Shown here piece by piece: positions 50,378 to 62,920 of a DNA stretch of 64,000 nucleotides. Source of the DNA: Octopus bimaculoides (taxonomy: Eukaryota). How positions within the stretch are numbered: the stretch's first letter is position 1; every line of letters begins with the position of its first letter. The position numbers were made by a program, and so were the translations under genes. The notes below the pieces were generated by a model. It saw only the letters and a program-made list of their open reading frames with translations, was not told where the DNA came from and ran no database searches. The stretch spans positions 30,430,741 through 30,494,740 of the forward strand of contig NC_068997.1 in assembly GCF_001194135.2 (NCBI RefSeq), read 5' to 3'.

Positions 50378-51180
50378 TTATGTTTGACTTTTGTTTTGCA
50401 TTTGTACAAGTTGGATCCAAGTCTCACCCAGAGACCTCAAGAGACAACAAGTTAGAAGTTCATGTAGGTGTTATGCCTAGGGTACCATATATNNNNNNNN
50501 NNNNNNNNNNNNNNNNNNNNNNNNNNNNNNNNNNNNNNNNNNNNNNNNNNNNNNNNNNNNNNNNNNNNNNNNNNNNNNNNNNNNNNNNNNNNNNNNNNNN
50601 NNNNNNNNNNNNNNNNNNNNNNNNNNNNNNNNNNNNNNNNNNNNNNNNNNNNNNNNNNNNNNNNNNNNNNNNNNNNNNNNNNNNNNNNNNNNNNNNNNNN
50701 NNNNNNNNNNNNNNNNNNNNNNNNNNNNNNNNNNNNNNNNNNNNNNNNNNNNNNNNNNNNNNNNNNNNNNNNNNNNNNNNNNNNNNNNNNNNNNNNNNNN
50801 NNNNNNNNNNNNNNNNNNNNNNNNNNNNNNNNNNNNNNNNNNNNNNNNNNNNNNNNNNNNNNNNNNNNNNGCGTCTATCTTTCCGTCAGTTTGAATGGTG
50901 AAGTTCCAGAGGAGTGCAATGTGATCATTTTCAAGTACTGGGGATGGTTTGTGTTCCCACCAGTTTTTATCATGGGGCAAGTACAGGTTTTTGCATATTA
51001 CCCAGTGAATATATTGTGCAGCTCTATCATGCCTGTTGAGATACTCTGTAGGTGCAAGCAGACTGCACATGGAAACAACATGATCGATGGTCTCAATTTG
51101 TTGTTGGCATATACGACATAATGGGGAGCTGCCGTTCTTTAATATGTTGGCCTGGTAGTTCTTTGTAGGTAGGCATTGAT
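50376..51180 (-). mobile_element. R4/Dong-like LINE (family B) 3' fragment spanning an N-gap
   Basis: CSLLAPTEYLNRHDRAAQYIHWVICK...WWEHKPSPVLENDHIALLWNFTIQTD; distinct 3' UTR; (TAA)n at both ends. Confidence 0.85.
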
Positions 51181-51227
51181 CTTATTATTATTATTATTAT
51201 TATTATTATCATCATTATTATTATTAC

Positions 51228-51768
51228 TGAGTGAGAGAGCAGTACATGCCATCAATGTGACACTAGGTAAAATATATGAAGCCTATTACACAAATCATGA
51301 CTACTCGTCTGATAAGGGCACACCAAGTACATGCATCACAATCATATGTGCCCGACATGGTGATCTTATATCAAGATAAACAGTGCATAACCTTGCAGGT
51401 GGGGCCCAGTTAGAATTTTCTCCAGGCCAAGTAGCCCAGCCTGCTCAAAAAGTCCCTGAATAAGGGCTGTTTAAGGATGTTGAATGAAACACCCATGTTT
51501 CCAGAGGTGAATTATTCAAAGTCCAAAGAATTCCTCTCAAAACATGACTATGGTGTTCCCCCACTACTTCTGCTTATGATCAGCGATGCACATATCGTCA
51601 GTCACTAAGGAACATACTCAAATGGTTAAGTAAATCTGTGGTATTGAGAAAGAATATTTGCTGTAGCCCATCTTTTATACCAAGACAAAATAATGTACGT
51701 GATAGCACTTCCAATCAGTTAAGATCAAAAGCCATGAGATCCACTGCCTGATACTGCATCAGGGCATT
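51228..51768 (-). mobile_element. ~540-bp non-coding interspersed repeat bounded by (TAA/TGA)n
   Basis: Reverse-complement homologue at 63123-63592. No ORF and no Pol III boxes recognised. Orientation inferred from the shared ...ctcactca(a/g)taa end. Confidence 0.72.
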
Positions 51769-51782
51769 CATCATCATCATCA

Positions 51783-51829
<47 letters not shown>

Positions 51830-51839
51830 GTTATTGTTC

Positions 51840-54800
51840 TTGCCTTGGTTAGACGTGTTTTGAGCACTCTGTAAGTTGGAAATGTTGTTGTGTGTTTTTG
51901 AAGTTTGTTGACTGTTTTTGTTTTCTGAACCCCCTTTGGTGTGCAGAAGGGGTTCTTTTGTTAAAAGTTCCTCCCTTTTAGGGGCGAAGTTTGGACAATT
52001 AGTCCTTTTCTACACAAAAAATTATTTTTCGTTTTCTCAAAGAACAATATGGAGCCTGTCATGGAGGTAGGGTTCTTGTTGTTGTAACAGCCAATACACT
52101 GGTGAGTTTCCTCCTCTTCACAGCACTAGCATAAAAGTAAGTACCAGCAATATCAGCACCAGCACCATCATCAACAACAAAGAAAACAAAGAAAACAAAG
52201 AAAATAGAGAAAACCAAGAAACCACCATCATTGTTCCTGAAATAGAAAAGGAGGAAGGAAGGAAAGATGAAAGAAAGAATGACACTGAGGCCACCACCAC
52301 CACCACCACAAATATGCATGGCAACAAATAAAGTGGCAACGGTTTCACCTCAGCAGCAAATCAAACAAAAGAAATGTTGAATTTAACAACAAATGAAATA
52401 AAAAAATATAAAGGAGTTGTTAAGGAAGGAAGGAAGGAAGGAAGGAAACAACGTCTTCCTTAACACTCCTCAGGAATTAACAAAGGAAACGAATCAAAAA
52501 TCAGTAATATACAGAGTTTTAAACATCAAGACGAAAAGAGTAGAAAGAGCCACTCAACAACAGTTGGAGATGGCCCTGAAACCAATTTGAACTTACAAAA
52601 CTCATGTGACAAGAGGAAAGCACTTTGGCATGGTGGGAGGGTATTTTTCAACAAAGCAGGGGGCAAGGCAGCACTCCATTATGACCCTAAAAACGGAGGA
52701 ATGGCTGCTCATGCTGACATACTTTGGTTAGAGCATGACAAAAATAAAAATTGGGGGGGTACCCGCTGAAACAAATATATGTTGGCTGGTGACAGCTGTC
52801 CTCTTTGATATAGAGGACACTGCCAAAATACTGGAGGTGCATAAATTGCACCAACAAAATTAGACAGGTCAGGAGTTGGTACTCCTTATTCAAATTGAAG
52901 TAGAAACCTTAAATTCAATCCGTGACTCAATTAACCTACCTGATGGCACCAAATTACATGTGGCTGTGGAGGGCAGAAGACCAAGGTGCTATAACTGTGG
53001 TGACCAAGGTAACCTCAGGGTCGACTGCCCTAAGAAGGAGAGATGATCAGCCCTTCTGCCAATACCAGAACTGTGGGTACTTTCAATATAGCAGCAGTAG
53101 CAGCAGCAGAAACCAACCCAAACACCAAACACTCGGACTGCTCGAGTACTGAGGTTGAGAAGGGGGAATGGCAGACAATTCCCACCCACCCCAAAAAGAA
53201 GGAAAAAGATGCCAAACATGAAGGCTGCATTGTCAGAGCTAAAGTACATTCTAAATGGGGAAGGAACAAAAGCATCATGATGGGCCCATGTGGTGGAGGC
53301 AAAAAGTGGCAGTAAAGCCAGCATTTGGTCTTTCATGGACCAGAACGGATGTGAGGTGTTCAAATCAAAACAGATATGTGTGGCCTTTCAGCAGCACCTG
53401 CTTGACTGTTCGGGATGAGAGGTTGGTTGAAAGACAGGGCAGACATCGGAGTCTACCAAGACAGCCTGTCCTGACTCTCAGCGAGCAAAGGAGAATGTTA
53501 CAAAAGGTTGATAACAGCCATGGAAATACAGGAAGAGATGAAGAGCTGCATGAGAGGCAGATGGCCAGGTTTGCATGGTCTGTCCTACGAGCTTTATATT
53601 TTGATGACAGACTTGCTTGTGGGCCTCTTATCAGATGTCTACTGCAACTTGCAGCAGAATGGGAGAATTCCCAGTTTTGTTTGTCGAGGGGCAGTGGTAG
53701 TGCTGAGAAAGGACCCAAACAAGGTGACGTTATAGAAAATTGCAGGCGCATCATTCTCTTCAATGCAGAGTTGAACATTTTGGTCGAGGTGTTAGCCAAT
53801 AGGTTAGCACTTGTCATGGACAAGCTGGTTAGTGAGGCACAAACATGTGCCATCCCAACCAGGATTATTCATGACAACCTACACCTCATGTCTTACATTA
53901 CAGAGAGGGTGGGTAACGAAGCTGGCATGGATGGGACTCTGATCAATTTAGATCAATCTAAAGCCTTTAATAAGGTTGACCATCAATACTTGGCAGCTGT
54001 CCCCAAGGCAGCCAGTTTCGGTCCAGTTTTCCACAGTTGGATTGCTGCTTTGTAATGCGGCATCTGCTTGGTTGTTCGGGTGAATGGTTACCTGTCAGAA
54101 CCATTCAGCATCTTACATTCGGTCCATTAAGGGTACCCTCTCTCCTCCCTTCTGTATGTACTGACTCTTGAGCCATTACTGCAGAAGATGGAGGCTTTAA
54201 GCAGTGTCCCGCATGATCTAGGATGTGGGAGAAGTGTGTCTGCTTATGCTGGTGATGTCACCATCATAGTGCCTAGCCACAGGCATATAGACTTGATTGG
54301 CGACACACTACAAGAATATGAAATAGTGACTGGAGCAAAAATTAAAGTGGAAAAGTCAGTGGGCTTGCAACTTGGCACCTGGAGAGGCAAGTCCATGCCG
54401 TCCAACAGCATTCTGGGGCACTGGACGGACAGTTCACTTAAATTGCTCAGAGTCTGGTTTGGTCCAGGCCTCCAGGTGGAGAAAAACTGGGACAAGGTGA
54501 TGAGCAGGGTAGCCAATCTCATGCAGAAATGGGCTGAGAGGAATCTGTCCCCGAAAAGTCGAGCAGAGGTGGCAAATATATACATTGCATCCGTCATTTA
54601 TTACCATTTGACCATCGTCCCTTGCCCCATTTTCTGGTTGATCAAGCTGGTGCACTTAGTCTTCTGCTTTCTGTGGAAGGGGCGCATTCCACTGGTCAGG
54701 TTCTGCTGTCAACAGCCACTGAATGGAGGGCTGGGCATGCCATGGTTGCTGATATCCAGACATGCACTCAGGCTATGGCATCTCCAGCGTTTCTTGATGA

Positions 54801-55740
54801 TGAGCAAGTGTGGTCGCCGTTTGTAAGACTCACTTTTCCCAAGCTCGTCTCTTCGACTGAACTGTAAATCTGGATTAGGTATAGACTGAGGAGGGGCGCT
54901 TGGTACCTTGAGTGCCATGAAGCACTCACAGCTCTCCACCAGACTGGCAAGGCAGTCAGTGGTAGTTCCTTTCTAGCGTTCTATAGAGGGATAGTGAAGT
55001 GAAAGTGCAATGACGTTCTTGGAGAAATTCTAGGTGTCGATGAGAATCAACTAATTGGTCTGTTTTGGAAAACTTTTGGGCCTGCGCTTATGCTTAACTT
55101 CCAGACATCTCTTGCCTGGCAGTACTACCAAGCGGCATTGCCTGTTTGAGATAAACTCTACAGGCTTGAAAGTGCCATCAGCCTGGTCTGTCCAAGGTGT
55201 GCACAGAGCGATGAAACTGTTCTGCACGCCCTCGTCCAGTGCCTGAGTATTGATGACCTGTGTGGTTTTGTGCTGAACACCTGCTGTTGTATGTAGGATG
55301 GAACTGGCTATCAGCTAAATCCAGGGGTAGGATTGCCATACCTCCCTCCTTTGGCCAGGAGGGACAGGCAGCTTTTATTTCTCCGGTGGCTGGAGTGAAA
55401 GAGGTAGTATGATGGACTCGTCTGAAAGGGCTACAGTGAGACACTTGCCTCTTTCACCAAGGGCTCATCAACTTCAAATTTCACTTGAAAAAGAAGTTGA
55501 GGGTGGGGAGGGAAGTTGACTTCTAGTAAATTTGTTGAAAGGTGGGTGAATGTTGGAAGAATGACCAGTGTGAAACGACCAATTCAGAGCGTACACCTGT
55601 AAAAAGAGGGAAATAAAGGAGAAGGGCTCTTGCTCTGTTGATCAAGCACCTGTAGATTATGTGACTTTTTCCACAAGGACCCTTGAGCAAATCCTCTTTT
55701 AAGAGTTTTATTATGTTTCATTTTTTATTGTTATACTAGC
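51840..55740 (+). mobile_element. Tx1/L1-clade LINE copy 4 (ORF1 remnant + RT; endonuclease region deleted)
   Basis: VEGRRPRCYNCGDQGNLRVDC knuckle; EKGEWQTIPTHPKKKEK joined directly to DAKHEGCIVRAK; NLDQSKAFNKVDH, YAGDVT; zf-RVT-like tail. Confidence 0.88.
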
Positions 55741-55784
55741 AGAGATACCTGGTGTTGCTCAGGTTTTAAGTGGCATAGTTTTTG

Positions 55785-55935
55785 ATTGTTTTACTTGTTT
55801 TGGTCAAGTGAATGCAGCCATTCTGGAGCACCGCCTTTAGTCGAAGAAATAGACCCCAAGATTTGTACTTAGTAGCCCTAATACATATTCTATCAATTTA
55901 TTTTGCCTAATGGCTAAGTTATGGGGTACAAACAA
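55785..55935 (-). mobile_element. SINE family 3 fragment
   Basis: Ends ggtgctccagaatggctgcattcacttgaccaaaacaagtaaaa; the same terminus occurs on plus at ~42027-42080. Confidence 0.6.
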
Positions 55936-56099
55936 ACACATACACATATGCACACACACATACACATATATACATATATATATATTTATACACACACATA
56001 TATCTATATATATATGTATGTTATATACACATATATATATGTCTCTATAACACACATATATATATATATATATACATATATATATACATGTATGTACGT

Positions 56100-58000
56100 A
56101 GGAAGGGCATCCAGCTGTAGAAACTCTGCCAGATCAGATTGGAGAGAGTTAGTTTAGACAAGATGCAGTTTGGGTTTGTGCCAAGAAAAAGCACCACTGA
56201 TGCTATATTTCTAGTAAGACAGCTGCAGGAGTATCGCCTAGCCAAAGATACACTTCTGTACCTGGCTTTCATTGACATACAGAAAGCAGCCTTTGAAAGG
56301 GTCCCCCAATCCCTTATCTGGTTGTCATGGTGGAAACCAGGGATAGATGTGTGGTTAGTGAGAGTTGTACGAACCATGTATAGGGATGCTGTCAGTAAAG
56401 TGAGGGTTGACAACGAGTATAGTGAAGAATTCCGGGTAAGTGTAGGGGTCTACCAAGAATCAATCCTCATAGTTCTCCAAGCAATAACAAAGGAATTCAA
56501 GACAGGATGCCCCTGGGAGCTCCTCTATGCAGATGACCTTGCTTTAATAGCTGAGTCACTATCAGAATGAGACGAGAAGTTTCAGGCATGGAAGCAAGGT
56601 CTAGAATTGAAGGGACTTAGAGTCAATCTAGCAAAAACCAAGTCTTAATAAGTAGGAAGGCCAACAAATTACAAATCCCTTCAGGTAGATGGCCCTGCTC
56701 AATCTGTAGAAAAGGCGTGGGTAAAAACTCCATAAGATATATCCAGTGTGAGCTATGGACACAAGAGCTGCAGCAATTTCAAAGGAAGGCTAACTGGGAA
56801 GATAGCTTTTATCTGTGACAAATGCTCAGGGGCAATAAACTCTGAAAATCTGCAGAAAACGGCTTCCATCACCTAGAAGTAGTTGATAGCTTCCATTACC
56901 TAGGTGACCAAATAGGTAGCGGGGTTGAATGCTCTGAGAGTGTAGCAGATGGAATAAGACTAGCCTTGGCAAAGTTCAGAGGGCTCCTACCTCTGCTAGT
57001 GACAAAAGGTCTCTCAATCAGAGTAAAAGATGGACTGTATGACGCATGTGTATGAACAGCCATACTATATGGCAGTGAAACATGGGCCATGACTGCTGAG
57101 GACATGCGTAAACTTGCAAGAAATGAAGGTAGTATGCTCTGCTGGATGTGTAATATCAGTGTGCATACATGACAGAGTGTAAGCGTCCTGAGAGAAAAGG
57201 TGGCCATAAGAAGCATCAGATGTGGTGTGTAAGAGAGATAACTGGGCTGGTATGGTCATGTGTTGTGTATAGATGAGGAGAGCTGTGTGAAAAAGTGTCA
57301 CACCCTAGCAGTAGAGGGAACCTGGGGAGGAGGCAGACCCAGGAAGACCTGAGACAAGGTGGTGAAGCATAACCTTCAAACGTTGGGCCTCACAGAGGCA
57401 ATGACAAGTGACTAAGACCTCTGGAGATATGCGTTGCTCTGAAGATTCGCAAGCCAAGTGAGACCGTAACTGTGGCCTATGTCAGTCCACCATAACCAGC
57501 CCATTTAAGAGTACCCTTCAAACATTAGGTAATAAACTGTGCTTGTGAAGTCCTGTTGAATCAAGTGAAGTCATTGTCATGGCCGATGCCTGTGCCACCT
57601 GATTGGCACCCATACTGGTGGCACATAAAAAGCACCATTCGAGGGTGATTGATGCCAGTGCTGCCTGACAACTCCTATGCCGGTGGCACATAAAGAGCAA
57701 CACTTCAGTATGGTCATTGCCAGTGTTGCCTGACAGGCTGCCATACCGGTGGCACACAAAAAGCACCATTCACGCGTGGTCTTTGCCAGTGCTGTCTGAC
57801 TGGCGCTCGTGCCGGTGGCACATAAAAAGTGCCCACTATGCTCTCGGAGTGATTGGTGTTAGGAAGGGCATCCAGCTATAGAAAATTTGCCAGATGCGAT
57901 TAGAGTCTGGTGCAGCCTTCTGGCTTGCCAGCCCTCAGCCAAACCATCCAACCTATGCCAGAATGGAAAGTGGATGTTAAACGAGGGCGACGATGATGAT
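56100..58000 (+). mobile_element. RTE-clade LINE, 5'-truncated RT + 3' UTR with four ~66-bp subrepeats
   Basis: MQFGFVPRKSTTDAIFLVRQLQE, FERVP, PWELLYADDLALIAES, YGSETW; ends gttaaacgagggcgacgatgatgat. Confidence 0.9.
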
Positions 58001-58952
58001 ATATATATATATATATATATTTGTTTTGCAAGATTTTTGATGTAAAATCGTGTGTTGAAACAGATGTTGTTGTACTTGGGGATGGTCATATTGCCAGTTT
58101 TGCCAATAAAAACACACGCACTGNNNNNNNNNNNNNNNNNNNNNNNNNNNNNNNNNNNNNNNNNNNNNNNNNNNNNNNNNNNNNNNNNNNNNNNNNNNNN
58201 NNNNNNNNNNNNNNNNNNNNNNNNNNNNNNNNNNNNNNNNNNNNNNNNNNNNNNNNNNNNNNNNNNNNNNNNNNNNNNNNNNNNNNNNNNNNNNNNNNNN
58301 NNNNNNNNNNNNNNNNNNNNNNNNNNNNNNNNNNNNNNNNNNNNNNNNNNNNNNNNNNNNNNNNNNNNNNNNNNNNNNNNNNNNNNNNNNNNNNNNNNNN
58401 NNNNNNNNNNNNNNNNNNNNNNNNNNNNNNNNNNNNNNNNNNNNNNNNNNNNNNNNNNNNNNNNNNNNNNNNNNNNNNNNNNNNNNNNNNNNNNNNNNNN
58501 NNNNNNNNNNNNNNNNNNNNNNNNNNNNNNNNNNNNNNNNNNNNNNNNNNNNNNNNNNNNNNNNNNNNNNNNNNNNNNNNNNNNNNNNNNNNNNNNNNNN
58601 NNNNNNNNNNNNNNNNNNNNNNNNNNNNNNNNNNNNNNNNNNNNNNNNNNNNNNNNNNNNNNNNNNNNNNNNNNNNNNNNNNNNNNNNNNNNNNNNNNNN
58701 NNNNNNNNNNNNNNNNNNNNNNNNNNNNNNNNNNNNNNNNNNNNNNNNNNNNNNNNNNNNNNNNNNNNNNNNNNNNNNNNNNNNNNNNNNNNNNNNNNNN
58801 NNNNNNNNNNNNNNNNNNNNNNNNNNNNNNNNNNNNNNNNNNNNNNNNNNNNNNNNNNNNNNNNNNNNNNNNNNNNNNNNNNNNNNNNNNNNNNNNNNNN
58901 NNNNNNNNNNNNNNNNNNNNNNNNNNNNNNNNNNNNNNNNNNNNNNNNNNNN

Positions 58953-59535
58953 GTTCATTTGCCCGCTCCCCTATACTCCTTGCAGTTTCGCCTACATATG
59001 TTGTTGTCTTGTTACTGCATCGTCCCTCTGTACATCTTATACTATAGACCACATTTCTGGTTTTACAGTTTGTTTGTGTGCTAAATCTACATACGGTACA
59101 GTTTTTGTCAGTGCAGGGGGTTCTACTAAAGGGTATGTTCTACTGATAAGGGATTTGATAGGGTTGCCTGGCCTTTAAACAACCTTAATTCTTAGCTTAA
59201 GTTTGTCTAGGGCCCTTCTAAAGCGGTACGCCAGTTCGCCTCTAGGGGTGGTGTCGACGAACATGACGCTCTGGTATTTGTTGCTATCATACCATGAGCT
59301 GGCCTTCCCTATTTTCTTCTTAATCCATGATTTGCTTCTATAGAGTGGGCAAATCCCATTCCTATCATTATGTTTGATTGTTTCAAACTTCTTCATGGCT
59401 CCTTTGCATACCCTGCTCCTTTCTTTATGGCTGTAACCTGAGAACTGCATGCGGTGAACGAAATGTTGTATATGTCTCTTTAATTCTGTAGGGTTGCACA
59501 TGCAGGAGACATTTCGCATTACGCATTACTCTGAC
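58953..59535 (-). mobile_element. Penelope-like element fragment, Neptune-like (RT thumb-linker-GIY-YIG)
   Basis: MRNVSC...RMQFSGYS...VMFVDTTPRGELA...PCTDKNCTVC...NCKTRNVVYSIRC...TYVGETARSIGER; runs into the N-gap 58124-58952. Confidence 0.8.
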
Positions 59536-59719
59536 GTCAGAGTATATATACATATATATATACATCAATTGTCATCATCACCAATACAATTGGCATCAGC
59601 GACCATCATGGGAACATTGAGAGGGAGAGCCATTCTTCCCACCAGCCCTCGCATAGAAGATTTCCACTCCACCTAATATTACTCACTCCCAGCAAGAACA
59701 ACAATAACAGTAACAACAA

Positions 59720-62700
59720 CACCTTAAGTAATATGAAAGCTCACGAAGCATATGAAATCAGCAGCAGCAGCAGGAATGAGAAGATGGAAAAGAGAGAGAC
59801 AGAAGAGAGTAGAAATAAGAGCAACACCACTACAACTACTATTGATACCTGAAAAACAGAAATCACCAAAAGAATGAATGACAAAGTTAAATAACAAAGA
59901 ACACTGATCAAAAGAATAATTCCATGAATTAAAAAAAAATTCCCGACGTACCCAACTTAAAAGAAAAAAAATGTTTCCCCTGGCTCTTGATGGAAAAGCA
60001 AAAGAATTGGCCCATACCAACACAATTATAAATATTGAGTGGGGTAATTCTTGTTTGGGAATGAAAAAAAACCACTATTTATCTTAGATGTGTCTTACAC
60101 AAGAGTAGGTGGGCGAAAATAGCATCTATATGTCAAGTGGAGGAAATTGTGAAGGACATCTTAGAAGACATGGCCTACTTACAAAGAGGCAGAGAGTATG
60201 TCAACATCGAAATCTTCTTCCAAAAGTGAGGAACTCACATATTAACATGTCCCAATGGAATGAGGAGTGCGTCTTGTAGCCAACCTACCTTTCAAAATGA
60301 ACTGCCAATAATAAAAAATACCAGGTGTCCCACCAGATCTGAACAGCTGGTTGACTGCAGCATGTTTGATAGAAGATCTGGAGTCAGTCCTAGGGGTGAA
60401 ACGGAGCAGCAGGAGAAACTGGTCTGGGATAACCATTGAAATCCTGCTCCCTGTGAAAATGGAAAATATGGGAAAAAATCCTGGATTTTATACAAGTGCC
60501 CAATTGGGTTTACTTGCATGTTACATTAGCAGACAGAAAGCCTAAGTGTGACGTTTGTGTGGCCACATGACACCTCAGGGCTTTCTATCCCCAAAAGACA
60601 GGAGGCATGAGACCACTTGCACCACACAAACAAAGCCCTCAACAACAGCAACAACTGAGACAATATGCCACACATGCAGCCTCATTTTCAGCTGAAGCAC
60701 AAAGGCAATAGAGATAACCACACAGGATGTATCTCAAACCAGCACTCCATTTTCCTCTCTCTCAAGCACAAACACACAATAACACTCACACAAACACAAA
60801 CAGACTCACACACCTTAAGACTGATCCCACAGACACTGGTGCCTTCACATCACATAGCAAAGACAAGGAGGAACCACAAAAGTAAAAAATGAAAACTAAT
60901 GGACAACATCATCATCATAATAATTTAATGCTAGCATAGGCAGGACAGTACCACAAGAGCCAGCTAGGCTGAAGCCTGCACCAGACTTCTGTGACTGTTT
61001 TGGCAGGATTTTTACAGTCAGATGCCCTTCCTAACACCATCCACTCAGCAGAGTGAACTTAGTGCATTTTATGTGGCACAAGCACAGGTGAGGTCAGCTT
61101 TGGCAAGGTTTTTACAGCTGGATGCCCTTCCAAACACCAACCACTTTTAAGTATGGACTTAGTGCTTTCAAGTGGCACCTCCACTGACAGAGTCACCAAG
61201 AACTTGCAAGACAAAAACTTTTAAGAGGGGAGGAGGCATTGGAGGAGATGATGATGAAAAGGTTATAGTGAGATAGATACAGACAACACAAAAGAAAAGG
61301 ACCTGGCTCCACACCAACAATAGAATGTTCCAGTAGAAAGGCAACAGACATATCTAAAACAACACCAGCCATACCATCTACACCAACACAATTGCAACAC
61401 CAACCCACACCCCCAAAATCGCACACACACACAAAAGTCAACTGCAGAAACTCCTATTTTCATGCTGGTGAGGAGAGCCAACAAAAATTTGATGGACCTC
61501 ATAGCTGGAGATCAAAAAATTGAGAGGGAGGATGCAATACACGACACTAGCATGTTTAGGGTTCTGGAAAGTTAGATGTTGGTATGGACGCCACTAAAGA
61601 CCTACACAGATATTTGAGAGGCTTCCTCAAACGATGTAGGAAATCCTCATGTCAAGGCCATGAAGAGACTTGAAGGGTTTCTCAGAGGAACCACAGCTAG
61701 ATCCAGAGTCCAGGTCACAGGGCTGCCAACAGCATCAAGAGGAGAAACTCCCACCAGATCCGAAGGCCAGGCCATCCGGCTGACAACCACACTGGCAGGG
61801 TAAGTAACCTCACTCTTTTTCTTTCTCATAGCTCTTTCTGATCGGCATGGGATTTAAAGAATTTAATCACTACAGTGTTTAGCAGCATCTGTTCAGTGGT
61901 CAAAGCAAACAGCCATCTATCAGAATCATTTAGCATCATTGACGTATAACTTTATTGACAGGCAGGAGTGACAAAGCCTTCAAGGAGACTCTGGGTGTCA
62001 AGAGGCATCAACTAACTGGCCTTTACAGAAGGACTTTTGGACCAGAGCCTTTGGATAACTTCCAGAAATGCCTGGCCTGGCAGTGCTATTGAGGAGCTCT
62101 GCCAGTGCTAGACAAGCTCTACAGACATGGAAGTGCCGTCAGACAAACATATCCGAGGTGTGCACAGACCAATGAAACTGTCCTGTATGCAGACAACCAG
62201 TGTCCATACATTACTGACTTGTGCAGCTTTGTCAAACAGCTGTTATGTGTAGGATGAATCTGGTTATTAGCTGAGTTCATTGCGAAAATCATACCACTGC
62301 TTTTCTTTGGCCTGGAAAGAAATGCAGTTTTCCTCTGGTGGCTATGGTGAAGGGGGTTGTGTGGTGGACGAGACTGAAAAGACTGGACACAGATACTTTC
62401 CTCTTCAGCCACGCCCTCAGCAACTTTTTCAAGTTCCCCTTAAAAAAGAAAGTTAGGGTAGGGAGAGAAGTTCTGCCCTTCCAGGAAATTTGTGGAAAGG
62501 TGGGTGTATGTGGTGAGAATAGCCCATATAGATGGGCTTACTTTGAATTTTTGTTTATAAACCAGAGGAGTTGAGAAGAAGAGAGGTACCTGTAAAGCTG
62601 CACCTGGCAGTTGGGATAACCCAGTTGTGTGGGGTTCTGCAGTTGTCCCTGTGAGGAAATCCCCCTTTTGGGGAACTTTTATCATTTAATTGTTTTGTTA

Positions 62701-62740
62701 GTTGGTTTTTGTTACTTAATGTATAGCCAACATTGTACAA
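59720..62740 (+). mobile_element. Tx1/L1-clade LINE copy 5, heavily deleted
   Basis: Degenerate knuckle DRKPKCDVC; 3' ORF2 piece LPVLDKLYRHGSAVRQTYPRCAQTNETVLYADNQCP. Confidence 0.72.
60905..61260 (-). mobile_element. RTE-tail retroposon nested in Tx1 copy 5
   Basis: Two copies of the gatgcccttcc box (61022, 61101) and a (GAT)-type tail at ~60907-60920. Confidence 0.65.
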
Positions 62741-62754
62741 CATGCCACTTATTT

Positions 62755-62920
62755 CTTGTATTGGAACAGCAATGGATTATGATAAAACAATAGCAAGAAA
62801 AGCCCGTTCATGACAAATACTGGGTTAAATAAACTAAACAGGAAAGAAATAAACAGAGCAAAATCCCAGCAATGGCTGAGAAGCTCAGGGCTAAAGCAGA
62901 AACTGAATGATTTTTTAAAC
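62755..62920 (+). mobile_element. R4/Dong family A internal fragment
   Basis: EQQWIMIKQ*QEKPVHDKYW...KSQQWLRSSGLKAETE, homologous to 10440-10700. Confidence 0.8.

Noticed and set aside
57590-57850. Repeat-spacer-like periodicity suggestive of CRISPR
   Set aside because: Units are whole ~66-bp diverged tandem repeats inside a eukaryotic RTE 3' UTR, with no unique spacers and no cas genes.
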